A stretch of DNA of 64,000 bases from Camelus ferus (Eukaryota). The notes under the pieces were generated by a model, which had not been told where the DNA came from, ran no database searches, and saw only the letters and a program-made list of their open reading frames with translations. The first letter of the stretch is position 1. The number at the start of each line of letters is the position of its first letter. A program made the position numbers and the translations under genes. The stretch covers positions 69,566,001 through 69,630,000 of the forward strand of contig NC_045697.1 of the NCBI RefSeq assembly GCF_009834535.1, written 5' to 3'. Below are positions 11,536 through 26,125 of the stretch, piece after piece.

Positions 11536-14500
11536 AAAAGACAAATGATAAGTAAAATTTACTCATAAGTTCAAAATCCTCATTACAAACCATACTTCCA
11601 CAGTATTTATTTACACCTCTTACCTCAGTAGCACACAGAAAACAATGAATTAATTACAAGTTTTTTGGGGTCCAAAATGTCACTTCCTAACTCATTTAGT
11701 ACTTTCTTTTCTCTTATTCTACTCTTTCACCATCAGAAAATTCAGTACTTTCTTTCCTTTAATTCTACTCTCTCACCATCAGGAGAATGATGGAAGACTT
11801 AGATGGTATCAAAAGTCTCTAGATATGCAGGAACTAAAAGCAGGTAATGACACAGAAAAAAAATATGGTCACTTCCTTAGGAAGTGTTCCTTTGAATTAA
11901 AAGTCCTACTTTAATTGAAGTTTTAGTCTTTATATTAAGAATATATAATTTTGGAGTTTTCCTATAACTGAAATAAAAAGTTACTCATCTTTAAATAAAT
12001 ATGTGAATGTGTGAATAAATATGCTAATTTAAAATCTTTCAGTCTTCACTTTTAGTATTACATAAACATGATAGATTTTAAGACAAATGCTCTAAAACAT
12101 TCTAGAAAAAATGCTTATTAATCATAGACAATCATCTTTTCAGTATTTGAAGACTTTTAAAAATGTAAGTATAATACTGATATTTCATTTTTAGCCTTTT
12201 AACAGTTTAACAGATGTTCAAATTTTTAAACTTATTTGAATTTCTCAAATCCTCTTAATAAAGCAAAAGTGGTTTTAAGAGTCAACTGTTTCCATGACAG
12301 AATACCAAATACTCAAATAATCTACAAAAATATTCATTTACATGGCACAGATCAAATCTAATAAGATTCAGAAATCATTTTCATGATAGAAATTACTTAT
12401 GAAAACATTAATGTTAAAAAGGCATGTTTTCTCAGCACAATTTTCTGTTAGGTCATATTCTGCTATGGCCATCTATTTATGTCAACAATCCATTCTTAAT
12501 CACAGAAATTTAAGACAAAAAACTTGCTATCAGTCATTCATTCTGTAAGCTTCTTGATTCTGCAATTATGTTGTAAACTATTACAAAGGAAAATATTTTT
12601 TGTTTGAGACTACTGACTGACACATGCCTCATAAAATCATTTTCTGTTCATTTCTTTCAACTTATTTTATTTATTGTTTAAAACTTCTTAACTTTGATAC
12701 AAATAATCAAGATACTTTTTTCTTTCTCATCTCCAACTTAGATAAAGTAAAATACAGTAAGATGTTATTTTAAACTTTCAGGTTAATTCTATGAAGGTGA
12801 TCTATTCTATGGGGAAATTCCAATTCCTAGGGACCTTCCAATTTTATGGTAACATATAAAATGAGAAATGGTGTTCAGAATGATGGCCATTCTATACTAA
12901 ATTCTTCGATGAAAACTTACGTATAAATATGGACATATGCCAAATAAGAAAGAAGAAATATATTCATTTTTAAAAGATACTTAAAAATTCTTTCAGGTCA
13001 CTCCTCAATTAACTATAACAAATCTCAAAATTATTCATTATTTGTCTTAATTTGCTAAGTATTTTAATATTAATTGAATTTGGAAATAAAATTTAATTAT
13101 TTTGAAATTGTATCTCTTTTTAAGATTCTTTGTAAGGCTGTTAACTACTAGGTATCTGAGACTTAGGATCATCAGAAAATAGGTAAAGAGGAACTATGAT
13201 CCTTGTAGCACCAACTTCACTAAATTCTCCCTGAAAGCCCCTAACAGGTGTTTTCACAGGATATGTTTAAAAGTGGATCTAATCAGATTTTTTAACATTA
13301 TATGACTGTCAAAGAAGTAATAAGATTATCACATGATCTATATGGGAACTAAAAAGTACAAACTTGTCATTTTTATGGTTGCTTCCTATAGAGCAGACAG
13401 TAAAATAATTTTAAATTTACATTCAGTTTAAAAACAAAAAGTTTTACTGCAAATTCCCACAACATCCCTCCACCTACTCTCTCAGGCTGGTGGTCTCCCC
13501 CGAAGGCAAATTTCATTGAAAATAATGTCTTAAATAGCCATGTTTTACCAAGACTTCGTTTGAAAATTATCCAGACAAAACAGGAAAGGCTAATTTAACA
13601 GATTATGGTTACTCTTAAAGTAATCAAATACAACTTTAACCTAAAAGACAACCTGCAGGTGAAAAACCACTGTATAACACATTTCAGGTGGGTAGAATGG
13701 AGAGCAAAGTCATGAGATGGTGCAGTGCTTATCTAGAAGATGGTAAGGAACCAGGGAGACTGAAAGTGAGGGTTCATGAAACCAAAGAGCTAGACTGGCA
13801 GGCTGAAACAAGACTGTAAAAGGTCTCAAAGGTCAGACTTAAAAGGTGTGTCTTTCAGCTTGTGAGCAATGGAGGCCATTAATTGACGGGTCAGTGATTA
13901 AATACAGATGACAAGGGAATAGAAAAGATAGCCAGTTTGAGTAAAAATTATTAAACCTGGTTTTGGATTTGCTGAGTTTATGAGATCCAAATAAAAATGT
14001 ACAGAATTATAATTTAGTGGTCCCAGGGCTCAGTAGCTGTCATGGCAACAGAAGAAAGTTGAAGGGGAAGAAATAAAGTCAAGCAAAAGTGGGACAAGTC
14101 TAACAATTAGCTGCAAAAAATATCAAGTAGCTTTTTAGTACTTTCTGCAAAAATCAGCACATGTATCAGGCACAATTATTAACCTTATAATAGGACAATC
14201 CTAATATTATAAAGCTAGATTTTCTCAGTTCTAGCATCATTTCTGTGGGGTTTTCTCTAATCTAAAAAGTTCAGATTCTTCCTTCTAGCCATGTTAAATC
14301 CACACTGCTTAAATTCTAAAACCAAGGTGCACTATTTCCATGGTTATGAACATTCAAGATTCCTGAGCAATCCTAAAACTAAACACACTCACAAAATCTC
14401 TCTTCCAGAAAGATAAGGAGACTTTCCTTCAGGACACCCAATTTGCATCCATTACTTCATTGAACAAATATTTATTCCTAAGAACTTCCAGGATTTTTCC

Positions 14501-15494
14501 CCCCATTTAGGACATCACCTAAGTGTTCATTGGAAGTACACAAAAATCAATAGTTTCCTGGCACTAATAATGGTTTAAAGCAGTAACTCATAATATAGTC
14601 CTCAGACTCCTGCTGGTTACAGTGTACAACCAGGTTAAGTACAGAAATGGAAAGTAAACATTAAGAGAATATTACAATTTGACAGTACTTCTATGTTCAA
14701 ACTAATAAATAATACAAAAATACAGGCTTACATTTTGTACACATTTTTTCATCTTCTTTATCCTACTGTCATCATTTTATAAAAACATTAGATTGAAACT
14801 GTTTAAAAACAAATCAAAAAGCAAACTAGTTTTCTACCAGAGTAGGATGAGCACTGGTTTAGATTACACATACTGGAGCCCTGTTACCCAGGTTGGAATC
14901 CTAGCTCTGGCATTCACGGGTATATAGTTTTGGGTAAAATACCACAGTAACAAATAGATAACAGTATTATTGGTAACTCATCTCCAGTAGCACTTCCTTA
15001 CATTCCCCCTTCCTTCACTAGTTTTTAAGCTGAATTGCAAAGACTATTTGTGGCTTTAATAAAAATATAAATGCTATTAGGGTAAAAACAGCTGCAATTA
15101 TCTCTACAAATTACTAACCCAACAATTCAGTAAACTGAAGGCATTACACACATTAAATAAAAATATGAAATGATGAACAGAAAGGTAAGCAAAGTAAGAA
15201 CAGAAAAGAATGAGGGTGCTTTATGATTTTTAAAGTGTAACACCAACCCTCACACTTCAACCAAATTAAGAGTTTTTACTTTGACAGTTAACATTTACTA
15301 AACCGTTACTAAGAAACAATGGGCTACGTATTTTTATATACATGATCTCAATATATTATCTCAATATATTCAATTTTCACAATACTGTGAAACAACTATT
15401 TTCTCTGCTCTTCAAATTTAAGCCCTGGGAGGTAAACATCTCCTAACTGTGTTCTACATTTTATTGTGGGACTGTCAAAGTTCATGACTAGAAA

Positions 15495-15606
15495 TACTGT
15501 GTGTCCCAGTTTTACCTGTTTGTTGTTTCAGCATAATTATTAGCAGAGCCCTTGTTCACTCTCAAAAGTGCCCAGAATTAGATAATAAATTATATGTGAT
15601 TACCAA
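15495..15606. mobile_element. Short hAT MITE remnant (MER94-like)
   Basis: tgtcccagttt...cactctcaaaagtgcccag...gataataaattatatg resembles MER94. Confidence 0.55.
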
Positions 15607-18019
15607 GGTACTCTTTCCAGGCAGCATAACCCTACAGTATGTACTATGCTTCATATCACAGCCTAGTGTTCATTCAACACCGTCAGTATCTTCCAGGTGC
15701 ATTCCACTGGCAAATTAGGAAAATAAGGCACGAATGGTACACCTCACTCTTCCAACACACACACAAAATCCCACTACCAGGAAAAAAAGCAACTAAATGC
15801 CAATGATTAATTACAGTGAGTTTATTTTATTATGCAAGATAGCATACTAAATAAATATCTTAGAAATACATGTAAGAATAAATAAAAGCTCTCTTTCCTG
15901 GATACAAATAACTAGCTCTATGATGATGATTGTTTAATATAAGTAATGTATATGTAAATAGATTTCATGACACTTTACTCTTTTTAGCATCCAAACATTC
16001 AGTTCACAAGTCTCTAATTTTTAGCAAAGATGCATTTCCCCCAGCACCTGCCCATATATAAATTAGTATAATTAATTAACTAGTACACAAAAGCAGAGTC
16101 TCACCTCCTGCTTTGTAAGGAATGAAAGATCTGGTGTAAACAATGAAAATTACAACAAATAATTAAATCAATAGTTACGAGTGTTCTTTTTCAAATATAT
16201 AACTACAGTAAAGGAATACCAGTTAATCTAGCATCACTCATCTGGAAAAGTGAGCCTGTGGATTTTGCAGGTCTTCTTCCTTGTCTGTAACAAAGGATCA
16301 AAATGGTGATCTTTGTGCCATAAACTAAAAAGTTGAAGTAGAAAAACAACCTATGTAGATTTAGCAAAATACAAACCTTTTAAGTTTAAAGCACTGCTCA
16401 AATGGAGAAAACTTTTTCATGGGAAGGACTGTGAGATATTTATGAATTCAGATTCAAAAAACAGTTGTTTTTTAAATATTCTTTTCAGCTAATGTAAGAT
16501 AACATCTAAACAAAAAATACTGAAACCTGAGGTATAGAAGGGAAGAGTTATCATCATTTGTACAAATGTGTTGTGCCTAAAAACACGGCAAAACTTAACA
16601 GTTGTTCAATTTATTTAAGTAACAATAATGTAATTACCTGACTAAAATTGATGACTAACTAGCACTAGACTTTTAAATGAACAGTTAAATTTGCTATACC
16701 AGATCTAAAAACTGGTTACTTCTGAATAGACAGCAAGCCATACTTAACTACATTTTACAAGTATAAAAAAATCCGTAGAGGCCATACTTGAATTTCTGAC
16801 CTTCTAGAATATAATTTTAAAACTTGGAAGCACATATCCTTAACTACTAGAAAGACTTGTAGGCATCTTGTTACATTTAAAATAAACTAATTCTTAAAAT
16901 AGCAATATATCGGTCAACAAAATTACTCTGCATATCTTATGTAGCTTAGGACAAGTTTACAAATTCAGAAAAGAAAGTGTAATAGGAACAAGTAATAACA
17001 TAAGTGATCTAGAATGATGAGGTTACCAATAAAATTTAAATGTCAGTGCTACTTAAACCAAAGGCTACCAGAAGACTCTTATTTTTAAAATAACTATATA
17101 AAGATTTGCAACAGTTGAACATTATACAAAAGCAAAAAGTGTTTTTTATTCAAAATAAATATATTTATTCAAAATAAATCATAACACTAAAATGTGTTAA
17201 GATAAGTATTTACAGTGCACAAAATTATACTGGTTCCAGGAACATGGTAATTTGTTTCAATCACTTTTAAAAGCTTTATAATCACATTTTGAAAGGCAAA
17301 CATTTTAAAGAATTTAACTGCTGCTTCTTTTAAAGTTTATTCCTTTTAAAACTTTGAAAAGCATAACTAGAATTTAATGCCATTAATTAAATGTTAGTTT
17401 AAAAAAATCAAGTCACAAAAAAATTTACACGTCACAGTTAAATAAGCAGTTGAATTCTTTTTAAATTCCATGTGTTAGGCTTTTTAAAATTCTATGTTAA
17501 AAGTTAAAATTTCAATGTAAACTAAGGTTTTAATAGGGAAATTAATTTGCCCTTTTTTCTCCATGCATTTATTAAGTCATCTTTCAAAAGAAATCAACCT
17601 ATATTTCTTTATGATAGTCACTGCTTCAAATGTCCCCAGGTTTACAGAGTAGGTTATATTCTTTACTTAAGTTAATGAACTATCAAGTTTCCAAATATTA
17701 AAAAAAAAATCTGTATTCCTTCACCTGGTAATTATACTTTTAAGAGATTTCTTAAAAGAAACTGTCAGGACAATAAAAGTTTTATATATTTTATATCATT
17801 AAGCAAAAGTAGAGATTATATATATATATACATTAAAAGATGCAAATGAGGTAAGATAAATCATGGTGTTCATGATATAAGCAGTAAAAGTTATGTTTGA
17901 AAAATCATTTTAAAATGCTAACGTAAATGTGGAAAAAGGAAGATATCAGAACTGAATAAACAATGATAAGTTTACTTTTAGGGAGGAGGAAAAGCATTTT
18001 ATTTTTAATTTTATAAGCT

Positions 18020-18525
18020 CTAAATAAACTGTGGTACATCCAGACAATGGAATTATTACTCTGCACTAAAAAGAAATGAGCTATCAAGCCATGAAAAGAC
18101 ATTGAGAAGACTTAAAATCCATATTACTAAGTGAAAGGAGACTTAAAAGGCTACATACTGTACGATTACAACTATTTCACATTCTGGAAAAGACAAAACT
18201 ATGGAGACAGAAAAAGATTAGTACTTGCCAGTGGTTAGGAAGGAGGAAGGAATGAACAGGCAGAGAATAGTGAAACTATTCTGTATGATGGTAAATATAT
18301 GTCATTATACATGTGTCCGAATCTACAGAATGTACAATACCAAGAGTGAAGGCTAATGTAAACAACAGACTCGAGGTGATAATGATGTGTCAATGTAGGT
18401 TTATCCAGCATAACAAATGTACCACTCTGGTATGAGTGTTGATAGTGGGGAAGACCATGCATACTGAGGCAGAACCCTCTGTACCTTCCTTTCAATTTTG
18501 TAGTCAATCTAAAACTGCTCTACAG
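18020..18525 (+). mobile_element. L1MC-like 3' end
   Basis: aaactgtggtacatccagacaatggaa...aaatgagctatcaagccatgaaaagaca...tctaaaactgctcta. Confidence 0.85.
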
Positions 18526-18914
18526 AGGCAAAGTAAAAGAAAAAGGCACAAAGAGGGATATGGTGAGAAAAAGAGAATCCACAAACAAGTAAATCAAAAT
18601 ATTATCCAGAGAACACCTTGTTGGGATCACAGATGATTTTTATTTTCCTCATATAGATCTAAATGTTCCAAATTTATAACAAAATTATACTGAAGCCCAA
18701 ATATATATACAGTCCACTTCTGGACTGCTCAATCTGTTCCAGAGATGTCAGTCCCCACTTGAATCAATATCACATTTTTTAAAGTTATCTCTGTTCAATA
18801 ATTTTTTTTTCTCCTTGTAGGGCTAGTTCTCCATTCCTCTTTTCTCTTCCTTTTCAAAAATTTAATGTCAATTCTCATTTGTTTATTCTTTCAAATAAAC
18901 TTCACAATCATTAC

Positions 18915-19085
18915 AAGGGGCTTGCATATTTTTTCTATAAAGGGCCAGAGAGTAAGTATTTTAAGCTGGTAATCTTCCTGTCACTTATTCTTTGTTTTGT
19001 TTTACAACCCTTTGAAATATAAAAACCATTTTTAGCTAGCAGGCTACAAAAATGCAGCCCTAAAGCCAGCTTGTGAATCCCAGCA
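18915..19085. mobile_element. MER58-like hAT MITE
   Basis: ttttctataaagggccagagagtaagtatttta...aaaaccatttttagct...ccagc. Confidence 0.65.
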
Positions 19086-19599
19086 TAAAGTGCAGTTTCC
19101 CACCCCACCGGCAAAGATTTGACATTTTGATTCATTTTATATTCAATTTACATATTAAATGCAGGAAAAATTAACATCCTACCAATGTTAAATCTTTCAA
19201 AAACAAATTATAATTTTTCATTTATTAAAATCCTCCATCATATTTCTCATTAGAGTTGTATTGCTCTCATTTATGAATCCTGCAAACTAATAAGTCAGGG
19301 TTTATAATTCCTGGCCACTTGAAAGCACTGGCATTTGGGTATATGAATGCTGCAAATTACTTGCTAGGTTTATTACTTCTGATACTTTTTGCCTAGTTAC
19401 AGGAAACCTGTAGCACTGTATTCTGTAATCCGAATGCAACAATAAGTTACTTTTTAAATGTCATAGTGTTATTTCTTTATTTCTTTCCTACTCAGTAGTC
19501 CAGTAACTTTAACGTTAAAGGAGAGCTGGTTAAGCACTCAAGGAGTGCCTGGCACATGCTAGGCACTCAAATGTTTGAATAAATGAATGTTTCTAATTT

Positions 19600-20750
19600 T
19601 GTTCCTTCTCAAAATCCCTCTGAAACTATAGTAATAAAAAAGTTAAAAAAAAAAAAAAGCCCACAACTAGGGGGAGAGCACAGAAAACAAACAAACAAAC
19701 AAAAACAACTGGAATACAGACTGACAAGTGGTCACTGATCAATGTAATACTTTATTAAAGTCTCCTTGGCAGCACCTTTACAACTGGGAGTGAAGGAAGG
19801 AGGTAAATTTAAAAGAATCCATGAAAGTTGTTTGGGAAATAACTAGATCCCTCCATCTGTCCCTACTCCAAGTCACTAGGACTGTTGTCATGAGTTTAAA
19901 AATAAAAAGAAAATGAGCAACTTGGAGGAAACAGCTAGAGAATAGAAAATGCCTTTGAAAATATGTACCTATATATATCCTCTAAAGAATAAGTTAAGAT
20001 TTTGCATGCACACAATTACAGGAAGCTATAAAAGTGAACATGCAGAAGACCAGAGAAAGAGAACATCTGGAAATTAAACTTAAAAGACAGAAAAGGTTGG
20101 AAAATAAATGTAATTTCCCAAAAAACAAAGCAAAAAGAGATGAAAAAATGAGAGAAGAAATTTAGAGAAAGAGAATGAACCAGGGCAGGAGATCCAGTAT
20201 CTGAATAACTGTTTCAAGGAACAAAAGGGGAAGGGGATCACAAATAAATCTGTCAGAAATGATAGATATGAGTTGCTATATTAATTAAAAAGCCCAATGA
20301 GCACTCAGCACAACGAATGACAATACTCATACTAAAGCATGTCATTGTTAAGTGACAAGGAGAGTCTAAACTTCTGGAAAGTGGGAAGAGAACTGATCAC
20401 ATTAAAAAAATGTCATCAGAATTCCTTACTTACCAACAGCTATAACAGATGACAATGGAACTTCAAAATTCTGAAGAGAAGAATTCTACACCCCACCAAA
20501 CTACAAATATGATAGTTTAATACGTATGGTCTCCAAAAATCTTTAATCCTCATGTAACTTTTCTCAAAAAACTACTGGAAGATGTGATCCAAAGTGAAAC
20601 AAGTAACCAAATAAGAGGAAGACAAGGGACACAGCAAACAAGAGGAGTGCAACACAGAAGTCCTATGAGAGCAAATCAGGAGTGTAGTCAAAGGAGATCC
20701 AAGAAAGACAGGTGTGCACCAGATATAGAGAGCAACAGACCAGACTGGAG
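19600..20750 (+). mobile_element. Degenerate HAL1 / L1-ORF1-like remnant
   Basis: Purine-rich sequence with cttcaaaattctgaagag...aattctacaccc...aaactactggaagatgtg. Confidence 0.55.
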
Positions 20751-22244
20751 CAATGTGATTCAGTCTACATTCATTTGGTGTCTGTTATGACCCAGATGCT
20801 TACAATTCTACCCTTTTAAAAAAACAAAAAACAAAAATCACTGATTGCCATGTGCCTACAGATAATTCAGCTTAAATATGTGATAACAAAGCTTCTTTTC
20901 CAAATTCTTTTGTGCTCTGCTACCTGGAACAGCTAAGAATTTCACACCAGAATTAACCTACTCTTAAAACAAGATACAGAACAGATCACTCCCACCAACC
21001 ACTCTCCTAACTAAAGGTTCTTTGCCTGGCGCATACCACAACCCACTAGGTAACCATAGAGTCCTATATTTTTCGGAACATGTTCATGACGGACTGGTTT
21101 TGCCAAGAGGGGTGCAGTAGAAATTCCAGGAAGCTGAAGCCAAACAATAGCCCAGAAATGGTGTTCAGCTTATTTTAGCTTAGGAAACTTCATCTAACAG
21201 CAATACTGTGCTTTCCTTACACATCATCTAAATTATTCTTTTTTTAAAACTAAAATACATAACTAAAAGATACACACTCTGGAGAAACTCTAAAGATAAT
21301 TAGCCTGTAAAAAGAATAAAATCAAAGGAATGATTAACACGAAATTCAGGATAGTGAGTAGGGAAAGGGCCAAAGAAATGCAAATGTGATTATGGAGTAC
21401 AAAACTGAGGTACCGATGTCTCATATGATAGGTACTCTGGTTTTCAGTTTATTACTCTAAAACTTATGTACACATGTATTTTATATTTTTCTACATATAA
21501 ACATCTCACAATTAGAAAGGAAGGGAGCTCTAGAAAAAAAAACTGTAGCCTGATAGCCAACTACAGCTGCAGAAGTGTTTTATTTGACTAGTAGAGTTTT
21601 TCACTTTCAATTTGTTACTAAAACATTCACCTTACAGGTATATTATCTCATGTATGGAATGATACAGATGAAAGGGCTATTCATCACAGCACTGAAATAG
21701 CAAATGGTGGGAATGCCAAAGCATGTTAGACGCCTGGGGGAGGAGGGGAGCAGGGAGAGAAGACTACTCAAAGGTATGAATACAGGGAGGTTATGATTCT
21801 TCAGGGGGCATTACTCTAACAATCTTCCCACACCTTTCAATTCAATATTGCCTTTCTCAAATAATTACTGTGGTTACCAATCTTTCTAATTATTGAATTT
21901 ATCACCTATTCCTAGGCTTATCTGGTATGGATCATATGGCCAAACCAATAAACACAATGGCACTACAATTTACCCAAAATTAATAATCATATTCCCTTTA
22001 TAATCAATACAGGAATGTTACAAACTCCAATATACTTATATGCCTTAATTGGACCCCAGCTAACATTGATCAGTATAGAAATAAATGTTTAAGACCAAAT
22101 CACCTAATACATACCATCAGAAAGGGAAAGCTTTATGTGTTGATATGCAATGCTCTAGAAGACACATTATTAAGTGAAAAACACACTGTGCCAGAATAAT
22201 GTATATAGCTGGCTAAAATTTATTATTATTTTTTAAAGTATATA

Positions 22245-22454
22245 CAGTTAACCCTTGAACAATGTAGGGATTAGGGGCACCCGACCCTGCACAGTCAAAA
22301 ATCCACACATAGCTTTATAGTCAGTCTTCCTTATCCACTGTCCAGCATCTGTGAATTCAACCAATGGCAGGTTGTGTAGTACACATTTAGTGAAAAAACT
22401 CCACCTATAAGTGGAGTCCTGAAGTTCAAACCCATGTTGTTCAAGGGTCAACTG
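22245..22454. mobile_element. Tigger2-derived MITE (MER8/Tigger2a-like)
   Basis: TIRs cagttaacccttgaacaa / ttgttcaagggtcaactg with TA target duplication. Confidence 0.9.
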
Positions 22455-22480
22455 TATGTCATTATTTGCCTGTGTATATA

Positions 22481-22649
22481 TAGCTGTCCCTCAGTATCTG
22501 TGGGGGATGGGTCCCAGGACCCCCAATACCAAAATCTGTAGATGTTCAAGTTCCTTATATAAAATGGTGTAGTAAGATGGCCCTCTAAAATCTGACCTGT
22601 AGTTGGCTGAATCCTCAGATAGGGAACCTGTGGTAAGAAGGGCCAACTG
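22481..22649. mobile_element. MER2-like Tigger MITE
   Basis: tagctgtccctcagtatctgtgggggatgggtcccaggacccc...agggccaactg. Confidence 0.8.
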
Positions 22650-23034
22650 AATATAAATCTCTATGGAAAGATGTGAACTGATCAGCTGGTTGCCCCTGGA
22701 GGTGATCCACCTGAATGGGATGAGCTAGAGGAAACCACTCTTTTGCACAAAATTTGAGTTTTGGACAATGTCAACAACTGCCTATTCACACACACTTTTT
22801 TTAAGCAGGGAAAAAAAAGCCATAGGACAATTTAAATTTTAGGACAATTTTAACTGTCCATACAAGACCAAATAATGACCTTGGAAAGTTTAACGTATAA
22901 TAGATAAGTTCTCCTAGAGTAAAATTAAACAATAACTTGACCAACCAAATTGGTCTTGGTCATACCCAGTTGTACCTTACAAAGTTATAACATGCATGTA
23001 TGTTCATAAACACAAAGATATGTCTAGATTCTAG

Positions 23035-23250
23035 AAGTACAGTGTCCAATTTGGTATCTATCAGCTATAAGTGGAATTAAATTTCAATTAAAATTACATT
23101 TAAATTAAAAAGTTTAAAATTCATTTCCTTGGTTGGATAAGTCTTACTTCAAGTGCTCAATAGCCACATGCAGCTAGTGGCTATCATACTGGACAGCACA
23201 AATATAGACCATTTCCAACTCACAGAAAGTTCTCTTGGACAGTCCTTTCT
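23035..23250. mobile_element. MER3-like hAT MITE
   Basis: ttcaagtgctcaatagccacatgcagctagtggcta...ggacagcac...cagaaagttct. Confidence 0.8.
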
Positions 23251-24744
23251 TAGATGAGTCCTCAAAAAACTGGTTAACATGCTTTGGAGAGGAGAACTAG
23301 GGGTAGCTGGAGAAAACAGATAGGAGATAGGCTTTTCACACCACTAAGATAGTACTTTGCAATGCCAGGCAGCATCCTTAATACTTCATGTTAAGGTATT
23401 TAATCCTTACTGAACTTCAATAGAATTAATTTCCTTTGTAACGTATTTTATTTAGGGCATTTAAAAACATTCTGAAAATGAGGTCACAGGTGCCACCAGA
23501 TTGCTAAAAAAATCCATTTGAATTTTGGACTATAAGCATGTATTACTCAGCCTCAAGGAAAAAAGTTATTAAAAATAAAAAGCTAAATACCATTAACTTT
23601 AAACCAAAACCGAAGAGATTTTACAATCCTAAACATTATTAAAAAGTTGTACAAGTTCAAGAAAATAAAATGTATCACTTCTAATCCCATCATGCCACCA
23701 CCCATAAATCACCTGATACATCCTTTCACAGATATGATTTTTTTATTTTTTGAGATCTAATGATGACTTATGCATCAATTTTATCCTTAAGGTAAGAATT
23801 TTACTGAAGGTAAAGAGCTGGGCTTTTAATAGTTTTGGTTAAGTTTTAGTTTCTCACTCATAAGTATTTATCCCAAAATATTAAGATTTGGGGAAAAAAA
23901 AAAACCCTACAAGAAAAAGATGGACATTTTATCTTTCTATTAAAATATTTGTCTTAGTTAATACTTGAAGTTATCAGACTCTGTGGTTGTATAAGCTGTT
24001 GCCCTAAGATGACCATGCAAAACCCCATTAAGAATTTTTTTAACAGTACTAATATTAGTTCACATAAATACTAAAATCTTAATGACTGTCACTATAATAA
24101 GCACAGCACAAAAAGATTATAATTTCTGTACAGCATTTTGTAATAACAAGTTTAAAATATGTAACTAAAAACATTTTAACTTTAAAGATTACTGCAAAGC
24201 CATGGGGTTTCAGAGAAATCTTATGGTCTTAATACTATCTTCCCCAAATAATTTACTTTTAAGACTAGCAACATATTATAACTGAAACTTTTTCATAACA
24301 GCTTCTTAACTCTTTGCCAGACCTTTCACCAAAATTATTAACAGTACAAAGGTAGTTGACAATAAATTCCATATTCTCAAATTCTTAAAAATTTACTACA
24401 CCGTTTCCACTAGCAAAAAATTTTAACTGGCAAATCATTTGAATTGACAAGGTCCAAAAATCAAATGGGAAGGAGAAGGAAGTGATCATTTACTTTCTTC
24501 AGAAATCTACCCACAAAGTTCTAGACCAGTTAATGAAGTATGATCAGTATTAACTATTACATCAAGGTGCTATTTAAGATTCTGTACTTTGGTTATCAGT
24601 TATCAAATGTTGTAGTACAACAGCAACTAAAAACAAATAAATGTCCACACATTTTCTTTCAGAGTTGTAGCAAAATATCCATTGTTTATCAAAGTAATTT
24701 TTCCAAGTCACATGAGGAATGCACATTATACGCCTATTGGAAAG

Positions 24745-25000
24745 ACAGTGTTAAGGTTAAGAACACACACTCAGGAACTTGGCTGCTTTAGTTTGAACTC
24801 CACCCCAACACTTATTAGCTGTATGATCTTGGGCGAGTTAGTCACCAAAGTTAATTCTTCTGCACCTTGGTTTCCTCATCTGTGAAATAAGAATAATCCC
24901 CAGTTCACTGGGCTGCTGTAAAAATTAAATCAATTAACATGTAAAGCATTTGGTGTGGTGCCTGACATATGTAAAGTGCTATGAGTTAGCTATTATTAAC
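24745..25000 (+). mobile_element. MIR SINE
   Basis: cacttattagctgtatgatcttgggcgagtta...ttcctcatctgtgaaat core. Confidence 0.85.
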
Positions 25001-25057
25001 AAATAAAGATCTGCCTACATAAAAAAAAAAAAAAAAATCCTGTTACAGATTGTGTGT

Positions 25058-25200
25058 TTTTTGATTTTTTATTTTTTTGGAGAGGGGGTAATTAGGTTTA
25101 TATATTTATTTATTTTTAGAGGAGGTGCTGGGAACTGAACCCAGACCTTGTGTTGCTAAGCATGCACTCTACCACTCGAGCTATACCCTCCCTGACCCTC
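25058..25200 (-). mobile_element. Camelid-type tRNA-derived SINE
   Basis: taattaggttt...gaacccagaccttgtgttgctaagcatgcactctaccact...ctataccctcc; approximate TSD cagat(t/g)gtgt. Confidence 0.9.
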
Positions 25201-25902
25201 CAGATGGTGTTTAAAAGATCTTTTTATTAAGTCAGTTACTTAGAACTCTAGATCCACATCCCTGGAAATTCAATGCTGGTAAGATATTTCATAATTCCAT
25301 AGAAACTTATAGAACACAGTGAGCCAAAACTACAGTTTCTCATTGTTTCTAAGGACTATGTATCAAAAGTTACAACTAGGGAAAAAAATCTTATTTTTCT
25401 AACCACATTCTCAGGTTCTAGAAGTGACTAGAAATAACTATTTAGTGCACAAGGGACAAAAATGATCCTTTCTTTTTTCTCTAGACATGAATAGGGACTT
25501 TGAAAGAGACACTAGTGATTTTTATGGTTACATTAGGAGTAGAAAGAGTTATTTGTGGGTTTTGGGTCATAAGCATTGCATTTCTTGCTAATGGCAAAGT
25601 AATGATAATGAAAAGTCAGCTATGTGTTACTCCCAGCAAAGAGTGGCAAAGGTGAGTATACCTATGCATGGATATACCTGCATGCAACACATTCACGGAA
25701 TATTGGCTTTAACTTACAGTTCTTCATAACTGCCAAACTGTCATCTGTGAATACTGCATTGGAAAATCAAAATCACTGTAAGATCTCTTATTCCCATTTT
25801 TCAGCTAGACTTAGAAATTTCAGTCTTGAAGTTCATACAGATATTAAAATTGGACGGTAATTCATGCTGGATTCCACTTCTCAAAAAATTCTCTATGATA
25901 AA

Positions 25903-26125
25903 CAAGTTCATAATGGATAGCACAGGGAACTATATTCAATATCTTGTAGTAACTTATGGTGAAAAAGAATATGAAAACGAATATAGGTATGTTCATGTAT
26001 GACTGAAGCATTATGCTGTATACCAGAAATTGACACATTGTAAACTGTACTTCAATAAAAATATATATGAAAAAGAGAAAAATTGTATGTAATACAATTT
26101 CAATTAAAATGTTAATAGTTGATAA
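25903..26125 (+). mobile_element. 5'-truncated young L1 3' end with a probable 3' transduction
   Basis: gcacagggaactatattcaatatcttgta...; 20-bp TSD aaaaaattctctatgataaa at 25883-25902 and 26126-26145. Confidence 0.9.

Noticed and set aside
17100..17200. Intronic polyadenylation site in EIF4E intron 1
   Set aside because: AATAAA hexamers are too common in this AT-rich tract to support a call without 3'-end data.
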